A stretch of 62,664 nucleotides of DNA. It comes from a virus. The stretch is from the IMG/VR virus record IMGVR_UViG_3300034134_000009, positions 1 to 62,664 of that record, one strand, 5' to 3'. The first letter of the stretch is position 1, and every line of letters starts with the position of its first letter. A model generated the notes under the pieces. The model was not told where the DNA came from. It worked only from the letters and a program-made list of their open reading frames with translations, and did not search any database. A program made the translations under genes and the position numbers. Shown in pieces: positions 52,255 to 60,186 of the stretch.

Positions 52255-52275
52255 GACGGTCGGTTCCTTTCCGAG

Positions 52276-52776
52276 TCAGCGGGTCAGTGAGCCAGGCAGG
52301 GCGTGATGGTCGGTGACGTCCCGGTCCGTGTGGTACCAGCCGGACGTCTCGTCGCTGCCCTCGGTGACGTATTCGATCGGCCGGGCGCACGGCCCGTTGT
52401 CGGTCCCCTGCGCGCAGACTGCGTTGTCGTGGAACTCCCGGTTGCAGGTGATGATCCCGTACGCTTCCGGGTCGAGTTTCCAGCGCACAGCCCGGTCCGG
52501 GCTCCCGCATGTCGGGCATCGGTCTTCGTTGCGGATGGCCTCAGCGATGACGTCGGCCGGGTCCAGCTGTAGGACCGCGCAGTATGTACGCAGGTCTTCG
52601 GAGATCGTGAACAGGGGCCGGGTTGAGGACGGGGTCAGCCGGCGGGACACGTTCTGTTCGTTGTAGGGACGGCCGAGCAGTCGCCCGACCCGGTTCGCGA
52701 GTTCACGGCCGCTTAGGGACTGAGCCTTCATCGCTTGTCGGATTGTCGCGGCGAGTCGAGCGGCTGCGCCGTGCAT
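52276..52776 (-). CDS. XRE-type HTH protein with Cys-rich C-terminal domain
   Basis: ATG with aaggagg RBS. 'QSLSGRELANRVGRLLGRPYNEQNVSR' HTH. 'CPTCGSP...CNREFHDNAVC'. Confidence 0.6.
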   Translation of the reverse strand: MHGAAARLAATIRQAMKAQSLSGRELANRVGRLLGRPYNEQNVSRRLTPSSTRPLFTISEDLRTYCAVLQLDPADVIAEAIRNEDRCPTCGSPDRAVRWKLDPEAYGIITCNREFHDNAVCAQGTDNGPCARPIEYVTEGSDETSGWYHTDRDVTDHHALPGSLTR

Positions 52777-52829
52777 GTCTCGCCTCCTTTCGCTGGTGGT
52801 TGGGTGTTCCGGGACGGTCCGGCCCGGGG

Positions 52830-53036
52830 CTACTTGACGAACAGTCCGGAGTGCGCGAAGTAGGGCCGCCCGTTGATCAGGGTCATGGCCTTGCCGGTCT
52901 GCCAGTGCGGCTCCGTCGGCTCGACGTCGGTGACCCGGATGTCGTCGTTCGGGTTCGCGCCGATGATGATGTCGCCGGCGACGACCTGTCCGGCGGTCTT
53001 GAAGGTGCTTTTGCGGGTGCGGTCCAGGATGTCCAT
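52830..53036 (-). CDS. hypothetical protein (leaderless from P4)
   Basis: 68-aa ORF whose ATG follows the -10 by 6 nt. Confidence 0.55.
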   Translation of the reverse strand: MDILDRTRKSTFKTAGQVVAGDIIIGANPNDDIRVTDVEPTEPHWQTGKAMTLINGRPYFAHSGLFVK

Positions 53037-53075
53037 ACCCCAATACTAACCGGTTCCGGTTAACTGTCAAGGGTT
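53037..53075 (-). promoter_or_regulatory. operator-promoter copy P4 (leaderless)
   Basis: Minus sense cccTTGACAgttaaccggaaccggtTAGTATtggggtATG. Confidence 0.7.
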
Positions 53076-53285
53076 TCAGGCACGGGATCTGCGGCGACCC
53101 GAACGAGCCGGCCGCGACACCTTCCGCACCGCCGACCAGCCCCCGATCGCCATCACCGCCACGACCGCCAAAACCACGGCCCGGGTCGGCAGCAGCGACG
53201 CCAACGCCACATCGAACACCAGCAACAGCACGACCAGCAGGGCCGAGGACTTCCGCGACGCCCTGCCACGCCGACGGCCCGCCAT
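53076..53285 (-). CDS. small membrane protein
   Basis: ATG at residue 26 of the track ORF (TGATG overlap). 'ALLVVLLLVFDVALASLL' and 'VVLAVVAVMAIGGW'. Confidence 0.4.
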   Translation of the reverse strand: MAGRRRGRASRKSSALLVVLLLVFDVALASLLPTRAVVLAVVAVMAIGGWSAVRKVSRPARSGRRRSRA

Positions 53286-53497
53286 CACGCCTTCTCCCAG
53301 CGCTCGTGCCAGCTGATGTGCCACACCGCCGCGTCCATGGCGGGCTCCATCGATAGCCATCGGCCACCGGGGTCAAGGTGAACGCACGCGAAACCGCCGT
53401 CACTGCAGGTGAGCTGGTAGCCCTCCATGTCGGGCGTCTCCTGAACGGTGACGACGGCGGACGCGTAGTCGCTGGTGACCTGGATCTGCGCGGTCAT
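53285..53497 (-). CDS. hypothetical protein
   Basis: ATG at residue 24 of the track ORF. ATGA overlap. Confidence 0.4.
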   Translation of the reverse strand: MTAQIQVTSDYASAVVTVQETPDMEGYQLTCSDGGFACVHLDPGGRWLSMEPAMDAAVWHISWHERWEKA

Positions 53498-53763
53498 GAC
53501 CGCGCCTCCGGGTTCGCCTCGAGCACTGCGGTCCCCTCGGCGGTCGGAACCCACTGCCGCTGCCACCGATCGCCGGGGGACTGCAGGCGCAGGAGGTCAG
53601 CGCTTTTCAGCGCTTGCACTTGGCGGCTGACGCTTCGCGGTCTGCCGCTGCCGCCCCTGGGGTGCGACCGGTCGCCTCGGCCACCCCAGGTCGACCGGTA
53701 GACGTCGCCGCGGGCGGCTTCGCGGAGGACGGCGAGTTGGGCGGGGGTCAGCTTGGTGGGCAT
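53494..53763 (-). CDS. putative winged-helix DNA-binding protein
   Basis: 89 aa. 'LTPAQLAVLREAARGDVYR' and 'RQVQALKSADLLRLQ'. Confidence 0.45.
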   Translation of the reverse strand: MPTKLTPAQLAVLREAARGDVYRSTWGGRGDRSHPRGGSGRPRSVSRQVQALKSADLLRLQSPGDRWQRQWVPTAEGTAVLEANPEARS

Positions 53764-53778
53764 CGCCTTGTCTCCTTG

Positions 53779-54024
53779 TCAGTTCGTGCGGGCCGGGCAC
53801 CAGGCCCACACGGTGGTCATCTGTACCGACGTCTCGCACAGCACGCACCATTCGGTGTGGCCGTCGGCGTTCATCGGGTCGTATTCGCGGCCCGTGCCGG
53901 CGTGGTCACAGAGGATCCATCCGGCCCCGGCGCAGGTGGTGCAGTCGTCGGTGTCGCAACCCAGGTCCCGGGTGTTCGGGGTGATTCCGAAGGCGTCGGG
54001 GGTTTTGGTCTGCGTCGTTGTCAT
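53779..54024 (-). CDS. Cys-rich hypothetical protein (leaderless from P5)
   Basis: 81 aa. 'CDTDDCTTCAGAGWILCDH...WCVLCE'. ATG 6 nt after the -10. Confidence 0.55.
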   Translation of the reverse strand: MTTTQTKTPDAFGITPNTRDLGCDTDDCTTCAGAGWILCDHAGTGREYDPMNADGHTEWCVLCETSVQMTTVWAWCPARTN

Positions 54025-54076
54025 ACCCCAATACTAACCGGTTCCGGTTAACTGTCAAGGGTGTCGAGTGTGACAA
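54025..54076 (-). promoter_or_regulatory. operator-promoter copy P5 (leaderless) with 18-bp upstream extension
   Basis: 54023..54076 is identical to 55683..55736 (54 bp), including gggtgtcgagtgtgacaa. Confidence 0.7.
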
Positions 54077-54118
54077 AAAGGGTGGGGCGGCCAGCGTCAC
54101 GCGCCGACCGCCCCACCC
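54075..54118 (-). terminator. intrinsic terminator after 54130..55641
   Basis: gggtggggcgg / ccgccccaccc 11-bp stem followed on the minus strand by ttttt. Confidence 0.7.
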
Positions 54119-54129
54119 CTGCCCGCAAC

Positions 54130-55641
54130 TCAGTACGGACCCGGCACCAGCCTCGCCCTGTCCCCGGCCCGCAACCGCGACCACAACGCATCCGCGTCGC
54201 CCACATCCACACCCGCCGCCGACAGGGTTTTCGTCGTCACCTCAGCGATGACCGCCCGCAGCAACGCCACCTCGTCCGCCGACAGCGTCAGACCCTCCTC
54301 GGCGGGCACCGCAGCCGACGCCGCGCGGAACGCCTCACTCGCCTTGCACGCCGCGCAGCTCACTTCCGCCGGTACCGGCGACCCCGACGTGTACGGGGTC
54401 CGCATGATGTCGATGTCGCACCCCGTCGGCAGGGACGGGTCGGTGTCAGGCCAGAAGTGCACAACCTCTTCATTGTCGTCCTCGGTGGACGCCGGGGTCG
54501 GCTTCGTGTGTGCCGGGTCGTTCGCGTACGCGCCGCACCGCTCGAACTCGTCGTCTCCGTTGTTCGCCGCGATCGCCGCCTTCACCTCGAGCGGCCGGTA
54601 CTCGAACTCATGCGGCAACCCGAACGAAACCGCCGTGCACGTCCCCTCCACGTCAGGATCGATGACACTGAGGCTCTCGTCCCGGCACTCCGGATCGAGA
54701 TCCCCGCTGTCAAGCCGGGCCTGCCGCATGTGCCCGACGTGCCGGCCATCCGTGCGCAGACACAGCAACGGGCGCTGACCCACCCGCAGACTGGGGGTTT
54801 CTGCCGGGGCCTGCTCCACCACACGCTTCTCCACCGATGCCTTCGCCGCGTCCCGGGACGACCAGCCCGACGAGATGATCTCACCGTTGCGGTGAACCAC
54901 CGCCCCGTCGGACCGCCACGCCACCGTGTACGTGTCCATGCCGACGCGAACTGACTCCCGGACCGAGCCTTCGTCCGTCCATGCCAGCTTCGGCGGGTTC
55001 GCGAGAGTGGCCTTGCGCCGCGCGATGGCGCTCTGGACGCGCCCGAGGTCCTCGAGCACCAGCCCGTACCAGCCCGGGGCCTTCGTCTCGAGCGTGGCCA
55101 CCGACGAAGAGATCAGCAGGACGGTCCGGCCGAGAGCGCCGACCTCCGACGCCTCCCGCTCGATCACGTCGAGGTGCTCCGCGATGGCCTCCGTCTGGGC
55201 TTCCGCCAGAGCGAACCGGCCAGTGTTGACGATCCAGAACGTGGCGTCGTCCTTCGCCTGGGTGAGAGTGCGCCGGTTGACCTCGATCCCGATCAGGCTG
55301 CCCGTCTGGGTGACCCGGTAGGCCCGGTATGGGGTGGGGCCGTAGGTGCGGATAATGACGGCCCCGGTCTCATGGTTGGTCCACTGGTTGTCGCCGGTCT
55401 TCGGGAAGGTGATCGCTCGCTTCGACATGTTGTGGTCTCCGTTCGGCTCGGCCTCCTCGGCGGGTGCCTCAGTGAAGGTGACGCCGTGCGGGTCGCGGTA
55501 GCGAACCCGCATGACCCGACCGCTTCCGCGCCACTTCACGTCGGCGTAGGTCGCGCCGGTGGCGATGACGTCGCCGATGGCGGTCTCGTTGCCCTCAACG
55601 GCCCATTCGGCGGTGATCGGGTTCTTCGGCGTCTTCGGCAT
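54130..55641 (-). CDS. large early hypothetical protein
   Basis: 503-aa ORF with ggaaagg RBS, the only gene between P6 and the terminator. Confidence 0.65.
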   Translation of the reverse strand: MPKTPKNPITAEWAVEGNETAIGDVIATGATYADVKWRGSGRVMRVRYRDPHGVTFTEAPAEEAEPNGDHNMSKRAITFPKTGDNQWTNHETGAVIIRTYGPTPYRAYRVTQTGSLIGIEVNRRTLTQAKDDATFWIVNTGRFALAEAQTEAIAEHLDVIEREASEVGALGRTVLLISSSVATLETKAPGWYGLVLEDLGRVQSAIARRKATLANPPKLAWTDEGSVRESVRVGMDTYTVAWRSDGAVVHRNGEIISSGWSSRDAAKASVEKRVVEQAPAETPSLRVGQRPLLCLRTDGRHVGHMRQARLDSGDLDPECRDESLSVIDPDVEGTCTAVSFGLPHEFEYRPLEVKAAIAANNGDDEFERCGAYANDPAHTKPTPASTEDDNEEVVHFWPDTDPSLPTGCDIDIMRTPYTSGSPVPAEVSCAACKASEAFRAASAAVPAEEGLTLSADEVALLRAVIAEVTTKTLSAAGVDVGDADALWSRLRAGDRARLVPGPY

Positions 55642-55684
55642 CGTGGTCTGCCTTTCCGGTGGGGTGCCTGTGTGGCTGGCTGAT

Positions 55685-55736
55685 ACCCCAATACTAACCG
55701 GTTCCGGTTAACTGTCAAGGGTGTCGAGTGTGACAA
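55685..55736 (-). promoter_or_regulatory. operator-promoter copy P6 with 18-bp upstream extension
   Basis: Identical to P5. Overlaps the last codons of 55708..56031. About 40-nt leader to 55641. Confidence 0.7.
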
Positions 55737-56031
55737 CCCCCGGCGAAGCGTTGTGCTCCGCCAACGCCCGCCGCACCGACGCCTCCGACACCCGCCGATG
55801 CCCCTGCAACACCCGACCCAGACTGTCCACCGACTTCGCCCCCCACGTCTTCTTCCGCCGCGACACCAACACCTCCTGATCCGCAAGCCGGCGAACCGTC
55901 GACGGCGACGCACCCAAAATCTTCGCGGCCTGACCCGTCGTCAACCACACCTCATCCTCCGAGAAATTTTCGCCAGGCTCCTCGCGAACATTTCCGCCCG
56001 TCACAGCCAACTCTTCGCTTCCGTTGCTCAT
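55708..56031 (-). CDS. HTH DNA-binding protein (MerR/excisionase-like)
   Basis: 107 aa. 'WLTTGQAAKILGASPSTVRRLADQ'. Divergent from the plus arm. Confidence 0.55.
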   Translation of the reverse strand: MSNGSEELAVTGGNVREEPGENFSEDEVWLTTGQAAKILGASPSTVRRLADQEVLVSRRKKTWGAKSVDSLGRVLQGHRRVSEASVRRALAEHNASPGVVTLDTLDS

Positions 56032-56098
56032 GTCTTCCGAACCTTTCGCTTCGCATCAGGTGTGCCAAGAGTACCGAACGTGTCGTACGCTGTCTCCC

Positions 56099-56965
56099 AT
56101 GAGTCTTCGCCGACTCGTTCGCCGCCTTCGTTTCGCGAAGCCTGCGAACGAAACCCAGACCTTCGCGAAACACCCGCCCACACCTTCGCCCAGCGAAGCG
56201 AAACTCTTCGCCCGCGAAGCCCGGGTAGTTTTCGCTGTCCTTTCGCTGTCCGCCGTCACCGCCTTCGCCATCCAGGCGTGGATGACGTTCGGCTTCGCGA
56301 AAGAAGTCTGGGGGATGCCCGTCGAACTGTGCTTCGCCCTGGTCTTCGCACTCGACGTCTTCGCCGTCATGTGGATGATCCTTTCGTACTTGCTTCGCAA
56401 CACCGGATGGCCACGCTTCATCGCCTTCGTCGTCTTTCTCTTCGCGATCGGCGCGCAAGTCCTCGCCGCTGAAATGTTCGGTGCCCACCGCGGCTGGTCC
56501 GAGGAAGTCCGCTGGTTCTCCGCTGTCCCGGCCCTTCTCCTGGCGCTGTCGCAGGAAGGTGTGATCCTGTGGCGCACCTACCGGAGCCGACGGATGCTCC
56601 GCACACAGCCGCCGGCCACTGTCGCGCCGCCGGCCGTAACGCGTGAACCCCGGAAGACCACCACCACCCCGCCTGTGCCGCCCGCCCCGCGCCCGCCGGC
56701 ACCCGCAGCAACTGCGGCCCCGGCTGGCGGGAAACGCGAAACCGCCAGAGCAGAACACGACAAGGTCGCCCAGCGTGTCATCGCAGGTCAGGTGACCAAA
56801 GAGCAGGCCGCAACCGACACCGGCAAAAGCATCCGAGCCGTCGAGCTGTGGATCGCCGACTACCGGAAACGTCACCCCGCCGGCCCGCAACTCGGCACAT
56901 TCCAGCTCCCCGCCCCGACCGTGAACCCGCAGGTGAACGGCACAGCCCGACAGGAGGTGAACTAA
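56099..56965 (+). CDS. DUF2637-like polytopic membrane protein
   Basis: Four TM segments ('VVFAVLSLSAVTAFAIQAW', 'LCFALVFALDVFAVMWMI', 'FIAFVVFLFAIGAQVLA', 'FSAVPALLLALS'), a Pro-rich linker and a C-terminal HTH-like segment. Start uncertain (the track ORF starts at 56024). Confidence 0.55.
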   Translation: MSLRRLVRRLRFAKPANETQTFAKHPPTPSPSEAKLFAREARVVFAVLSLSAVTAFAIQAWMTFGFAKEVWGMPVELCFALVFALDVFAVMWMILSYLLRNTGWPRFIAFVVFLFAIGAQVLAAEMFGAHRGWSEEVRWFSAVPALLLALSQEGVILWRTYRSRRMLRTQPPATVAPPAVTREPRKTTTTPPVPPAPRPPAPAATAAPAGGKRETARAEHDKVAQRVIAGQVTKEQAATDTGKSIRAVELWIADYRKRHPAGPQLGTFQLPAPTVNPQVNGTARQEVN

Positions 56966-56968
56966 GGC

Positions 56969-59212
56969 ATGGCCCGCACCGACGTCAACGTGCGCAGGGA
57001 AACCAACCCCTCCACCCACGACGACGAGAAACGCTCCAGGAAATTCCGTGGACCGCTGTTCGTCGGGCTGCTCGTCGTGCCCGCGTTTGGCCTGCTCCTG
57101 CGCTTCATCATCTTCTGGGCACCCGAAATGCTGTGGCTCGTCGCCGGGCTCTCCCTCACCACCGGATTCATCTACGCGTCCGCCGCCGTCGCCATCGGAT
57201 ACAAGGTCAGCAAGCGGGTTCCGCTGGTCATCTGGCACGTCGCCGCCACCGGGTTCCTGTTCGGCGGGGCCCTGTACATCACAACCGTGGTGCGCTGGCC
57301 TGCGGAAACAGCGCCCTGGTATCACCGGCTACTCGCGGTCGTCAACTGGCCGGCGTGGTGGGTCATCGTCCACCTGTTCGGCGCGATCATCGTCGGCGGG
57401 TCGTGGCTGCTGTACCGCATCGACGCGTTCCGGGCCGCGACCGGCGCCGACGAGTTCAGCGGCTCCGGCCTCGACAAGCTGCTCAAGGTGCCGCTGGGAA
57501 TGAAGGTCCGCGACAACACCATCACCGCCGACGAGTTCGCCATCGAAGCCGAGATCGCCCACCCCGGCATCCCCGTCGCCCAAGTTCAAGGCGTGCTGCA
57601 GCCACTCGTCGAGCAGGCCGGCGCAATTCGCGGCCGTTCCACGATCGTGCCTGGCGACGTCGGCGGGAAGTCCCAACTTCGCCTCGTCATGAAGGACCCC
57701 CTCGATGAGTGGAAAACCTTCCCCGGACTTTCGCACCCCGGCGAAAGCTTCGCGTACCCCATCCGCACCGCGTACTACGTCGCCGGGAAGAACGGCCAGC
57801 CGCTCCCCCAGTGGTATTCCTTCGCGCAGACCCCGAACTCTTCGGTGCTGAGACCTTCGCGGCTCGCCCCGAACTTTTCGGCCCCGAACGATGCAAGCTT
57901 CGGCCGGCAGGGCGCAACCCGCGCGGGGAAGAGTGGCGACAACGCCATCGAGATCGCCGAAGTTGCTTCGCGCTGCGACGCCGGCCTGTTCCTCGTGAAC
58001 ACGGCGAAACTTTTGCAGGACATCGGCTGGGCGTTGGACTTCGCGGTCGCCGCCGCCGACACGAAACCGAAAGCTTCGGTCCTGTTCGAGGCGGTGCGAA
58101 GGATCGGCGAGTACCGGTCGAACCAGATGGGTCACCCGAAGTGGCAGGGCAGGCACCGCACATGGTCACCACTCACCTACGCCGAACTCGGGTTCATGGC
58201 GATCGTCGTCGAGGTTGACGAAGGTGACCAGGTGTTGAACTCGGCGACGGCGACGTGGCTCGCCACGAAGGGTCTGTCGCTGGGGATTTTCCTGAGCGTC
58301 ATGATTTCCCGCGCCGCCACCGACGGCATGGCCTCGACGTTGCGGTCTGCGGTCACGCAGTGGAAGGCGTTCGGGGCTGGGCAGGCGTACGACGGCGGGT
58401 TCGTGCTGTCCGACGAGACGATCGCCGCGGGCGCCGACGTGGGTTCCCTGTCGACCCGGTTCCCCGGTTCCCACTACCTCGACAAGGCGCAGGGCGTCGA
58501 CGAGACGATGTATCCGCAGCTCGCCCGGTCGTATAAGACGGAACGGGACTTCAGTGACCTGCGCCGCGCGGTCGAGGCAGCGCGGGCCGCGTTCACCCCG
58601 CCGGTGTTGACGCCGGGGGAGATCGAGGCGGCGGGCGGTGCGGAGACGCTGCGCATGTTGTCGCCGCAGACGCTGCTCGCAGCGTTTGACCAGGAAGACA
58701 CCGGGCCGGCACCTGCCGGCACGGTGACCAGCACAGAAAGGACGACCGTGGAAACTGCGATCCTGTCGACGGCCGGGGACCGGCCGGACGACACCGGTGA
58801 CCTCGAGGTGGATGCGCTGCTCGCGAAGCCCCGCGCTGACCTCAGTGACCTTGAGAAGGAGTACGGGCCGCTTCCGGCCCCGGGTGAGTCGCTTCCGGAC
58901 CGTTCGAACCCGGACCTGCCGTCGCTGGAACTGGCTTCCGGTGATGACCGGCCGTCGGTGTCGCCGGACGAGTTGACGGGGGAGGCGAACGCGGCGCTGA
59001 TCCGGATGGCTCAGCGCGGCGTGACCCGGTTCGGCAACAAGGAACTCATGGATGAGATGCGGGTGGACCCGACACCGACGCAGATGAGTCGCTGGCTGAA
59101 GGGCCTGTGTGATGACGGGAAGCATGTGGCACCGCCGGGGGTGACGGTGGAGCGGGAGCCGGGCCGGCAGGGTCGGTACGTGTTGGTGTGGCTGGCCGCT
59201 GAGGGGGTGTGA
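56969..59212 (+). CDS. FtsK/SpoIIIE (TraB-like) membrane DNA translocase
   Basis: 747 aa. N-terminal TM helices. Walker A 'GRQGATRAGKSG'. Walker B 'MAIVVEVDEGD'. Confidence 0.8.
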   Translation: MARTDVNVRRETNPSTHDDEKRSRKFRGPLFVGLLVVPAFGLLLRFIIFWAPEMLWLVAGLSLTTGFIYASAAVAIGYKVSKRVPLVIWHVAATGFLFGGALYITTVVRWPAETAPWYHRLLAVVNWPAWWVIVHLFGAIIVGGSWLLYRIDAFRAATGADEFSGSGLDKLLKVPLGMKVRDNTITADEFAIEAEIAHPGIPVAQVQGVLQPLVEQAGAIRGRSTIVPGDVGGKSQLRLVMKDPLDEWKTFPGLSHPGESFAYPIRTAYYVAGKNGQPLPQWYSFAQTPNSSVLRPSRLAPNFSAPNDASFGRQGATRAGKSGDNAIEIAEVASRCDAGLFLVNTAKLLQDIGWALDFAVAAADTKPKASVLFEAVRRIGEYRSNQMGHPKWQGRHRTWSPLTYAELGFMAIVVEVDEGDQVLNSATATWLATKGLSLGIFLSVMISRAATDGMASTLRSAVTQWKAFGAGQAYDGGFVLSDETIAAGADVGSLSTRFPGSHYLDKAQGVDETMYPQLARSYKTERDFSDLRRAVEAARAAFTPPVLTPGEIEAAGGAETLRMLSPQTLLAAFDQEDTGPAPAGTVTSTERTTVETAILSTAGDRPDDTGDLEVDALLAKPRADLSDLEKEYGPLPAPGESLPDRSNPDLPSLELASGDDRPSVSPDELTGEANAALIRMAQRGVTRFGNKELMDEMRVDPTPTQMSRWLKGLCDDGKHVAPPGVTVEREPGRQGRYVLVWLAAEGV

Positions 59213-59262
59213 CGGTACGGAGTGTGACGGTGGGGTGGATGTTGTGGGCCTGGTTTTTGCGT

Positions 59263-59400
59263 GGCCTGCAAAGAGGGCCGGACGCCTATGGGGATGAAGA
59301 TCTTTTGCAGCCTGATATGTCCGTTGCAACGTGCCTGCAATATCCGCTTTGACCGCATAAGTTTTGCGGCGCAACGACCCGCAAAGCCCTGCAATATCAC
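59263..59400. repeat. CCTGCAA(T/A)A direct repeats in an AT-richer gap
   Basis: ggcctgcaaagag (59263), gcctgcaatatcc (59333), ccctgcaatatca (59387), plus ttgcag/ttgcaa/ttgcgg units. Confidence 0.55.
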
Positions 59401-59440
59401 CTGAAAAATCACGCACCGTAACCGCAAAAGGAGGTGAACC

Positions 59441-59773
59441 ATGACCACAGCCGCCGACCAGGCACTCAACGAAGCCCGCGAAGCACACGCCGGCATGAAC
59501 GCCCGCACCAAAGCAGCCGGCGAGCTTGCACGCCACTACGCCAGCGTCATCACCCGGGACCTGGCCACAGCCCTACAGGCCGCGCACCACGACCCCGCCA
59601 CCGTCAACGCCCGGACCGCGCGACTCTGCCGCATCGCTGGCAGCCTCGACGCCCGACTGAACGAGGTCGAAACCCTGGTGTCAGCGTTCGGCACCGCTGT
59701 TTCCCAGGCCGAAGCCGACCTCGGCGAGAACCGCGCACGCCAGGCATCCCACGGCCCTACCCTCGACATCTGA
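59441..59773 (+). CDS. small helical protein ending ...GPTLDI
   Basis: 110 aa. aaaggagg RBS. Confidence 0.6.
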   Translation: MTTAADQALNEAREAHAGMNARTKAAGELARHYASVITRDLATALQAAHHDPATVNARTARLCRIAGSLDARLNEVETLVSAFGTAVSQAEADLGENRARQASHGPTLDI

Positions 59774-59810
59774 CCGCACGCCGACACCACCAACCGAAAG
59801 AAGACAGACC

Positions 59811-60182
59811 ATGCCGCAGATGCCGCCCTCCATCGACGTCACCAACGACACCACCATGAAGGCATTCGCTGACGCCTACCGGGGTGCCGCGTTCCAGGGA
59901 GCCGACTTCCTCGCCACCACCGCCACCTACCTGCACCCCCGAATGGTCAACACCCTCCGGAAGTACGGCCTGGACGGCACCAACCGGTTCGGGTACGGCT
60001 CCGACGCCATCAAGTCCGCGAACAAGGTCGTCAACCTGCTGAAGCGGGCCGCCGAACACCTCGTGGACTCCGGCCAGTGCGTGGGCTACGCCTACCAGGC
60101 ATTCATGTCGGAAGTGTGGGAGCCCGCCCAGCGTGCCAAGGCTGAGCAGAAGAACCACGCACAGTCGACCCTGGACGTGTGA
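59811..60182 (+). CDS. small protein ending ...STLDV
   Basis: 123-aa ORF. Confidence 0.6.
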   Translation: MPQMPPSIDVTNDTTMKAFADAYRGAAFQGADFLATTATYLHPRMVNTLRKYGLDGTNRFGYGSDAIKSANKVVNLLKRAAEHLVDSGQCVGYAYQAFMSEVWEPAQRAKAEQKNHAQSTLDV

Positions 60183-60186
60183 CGAC

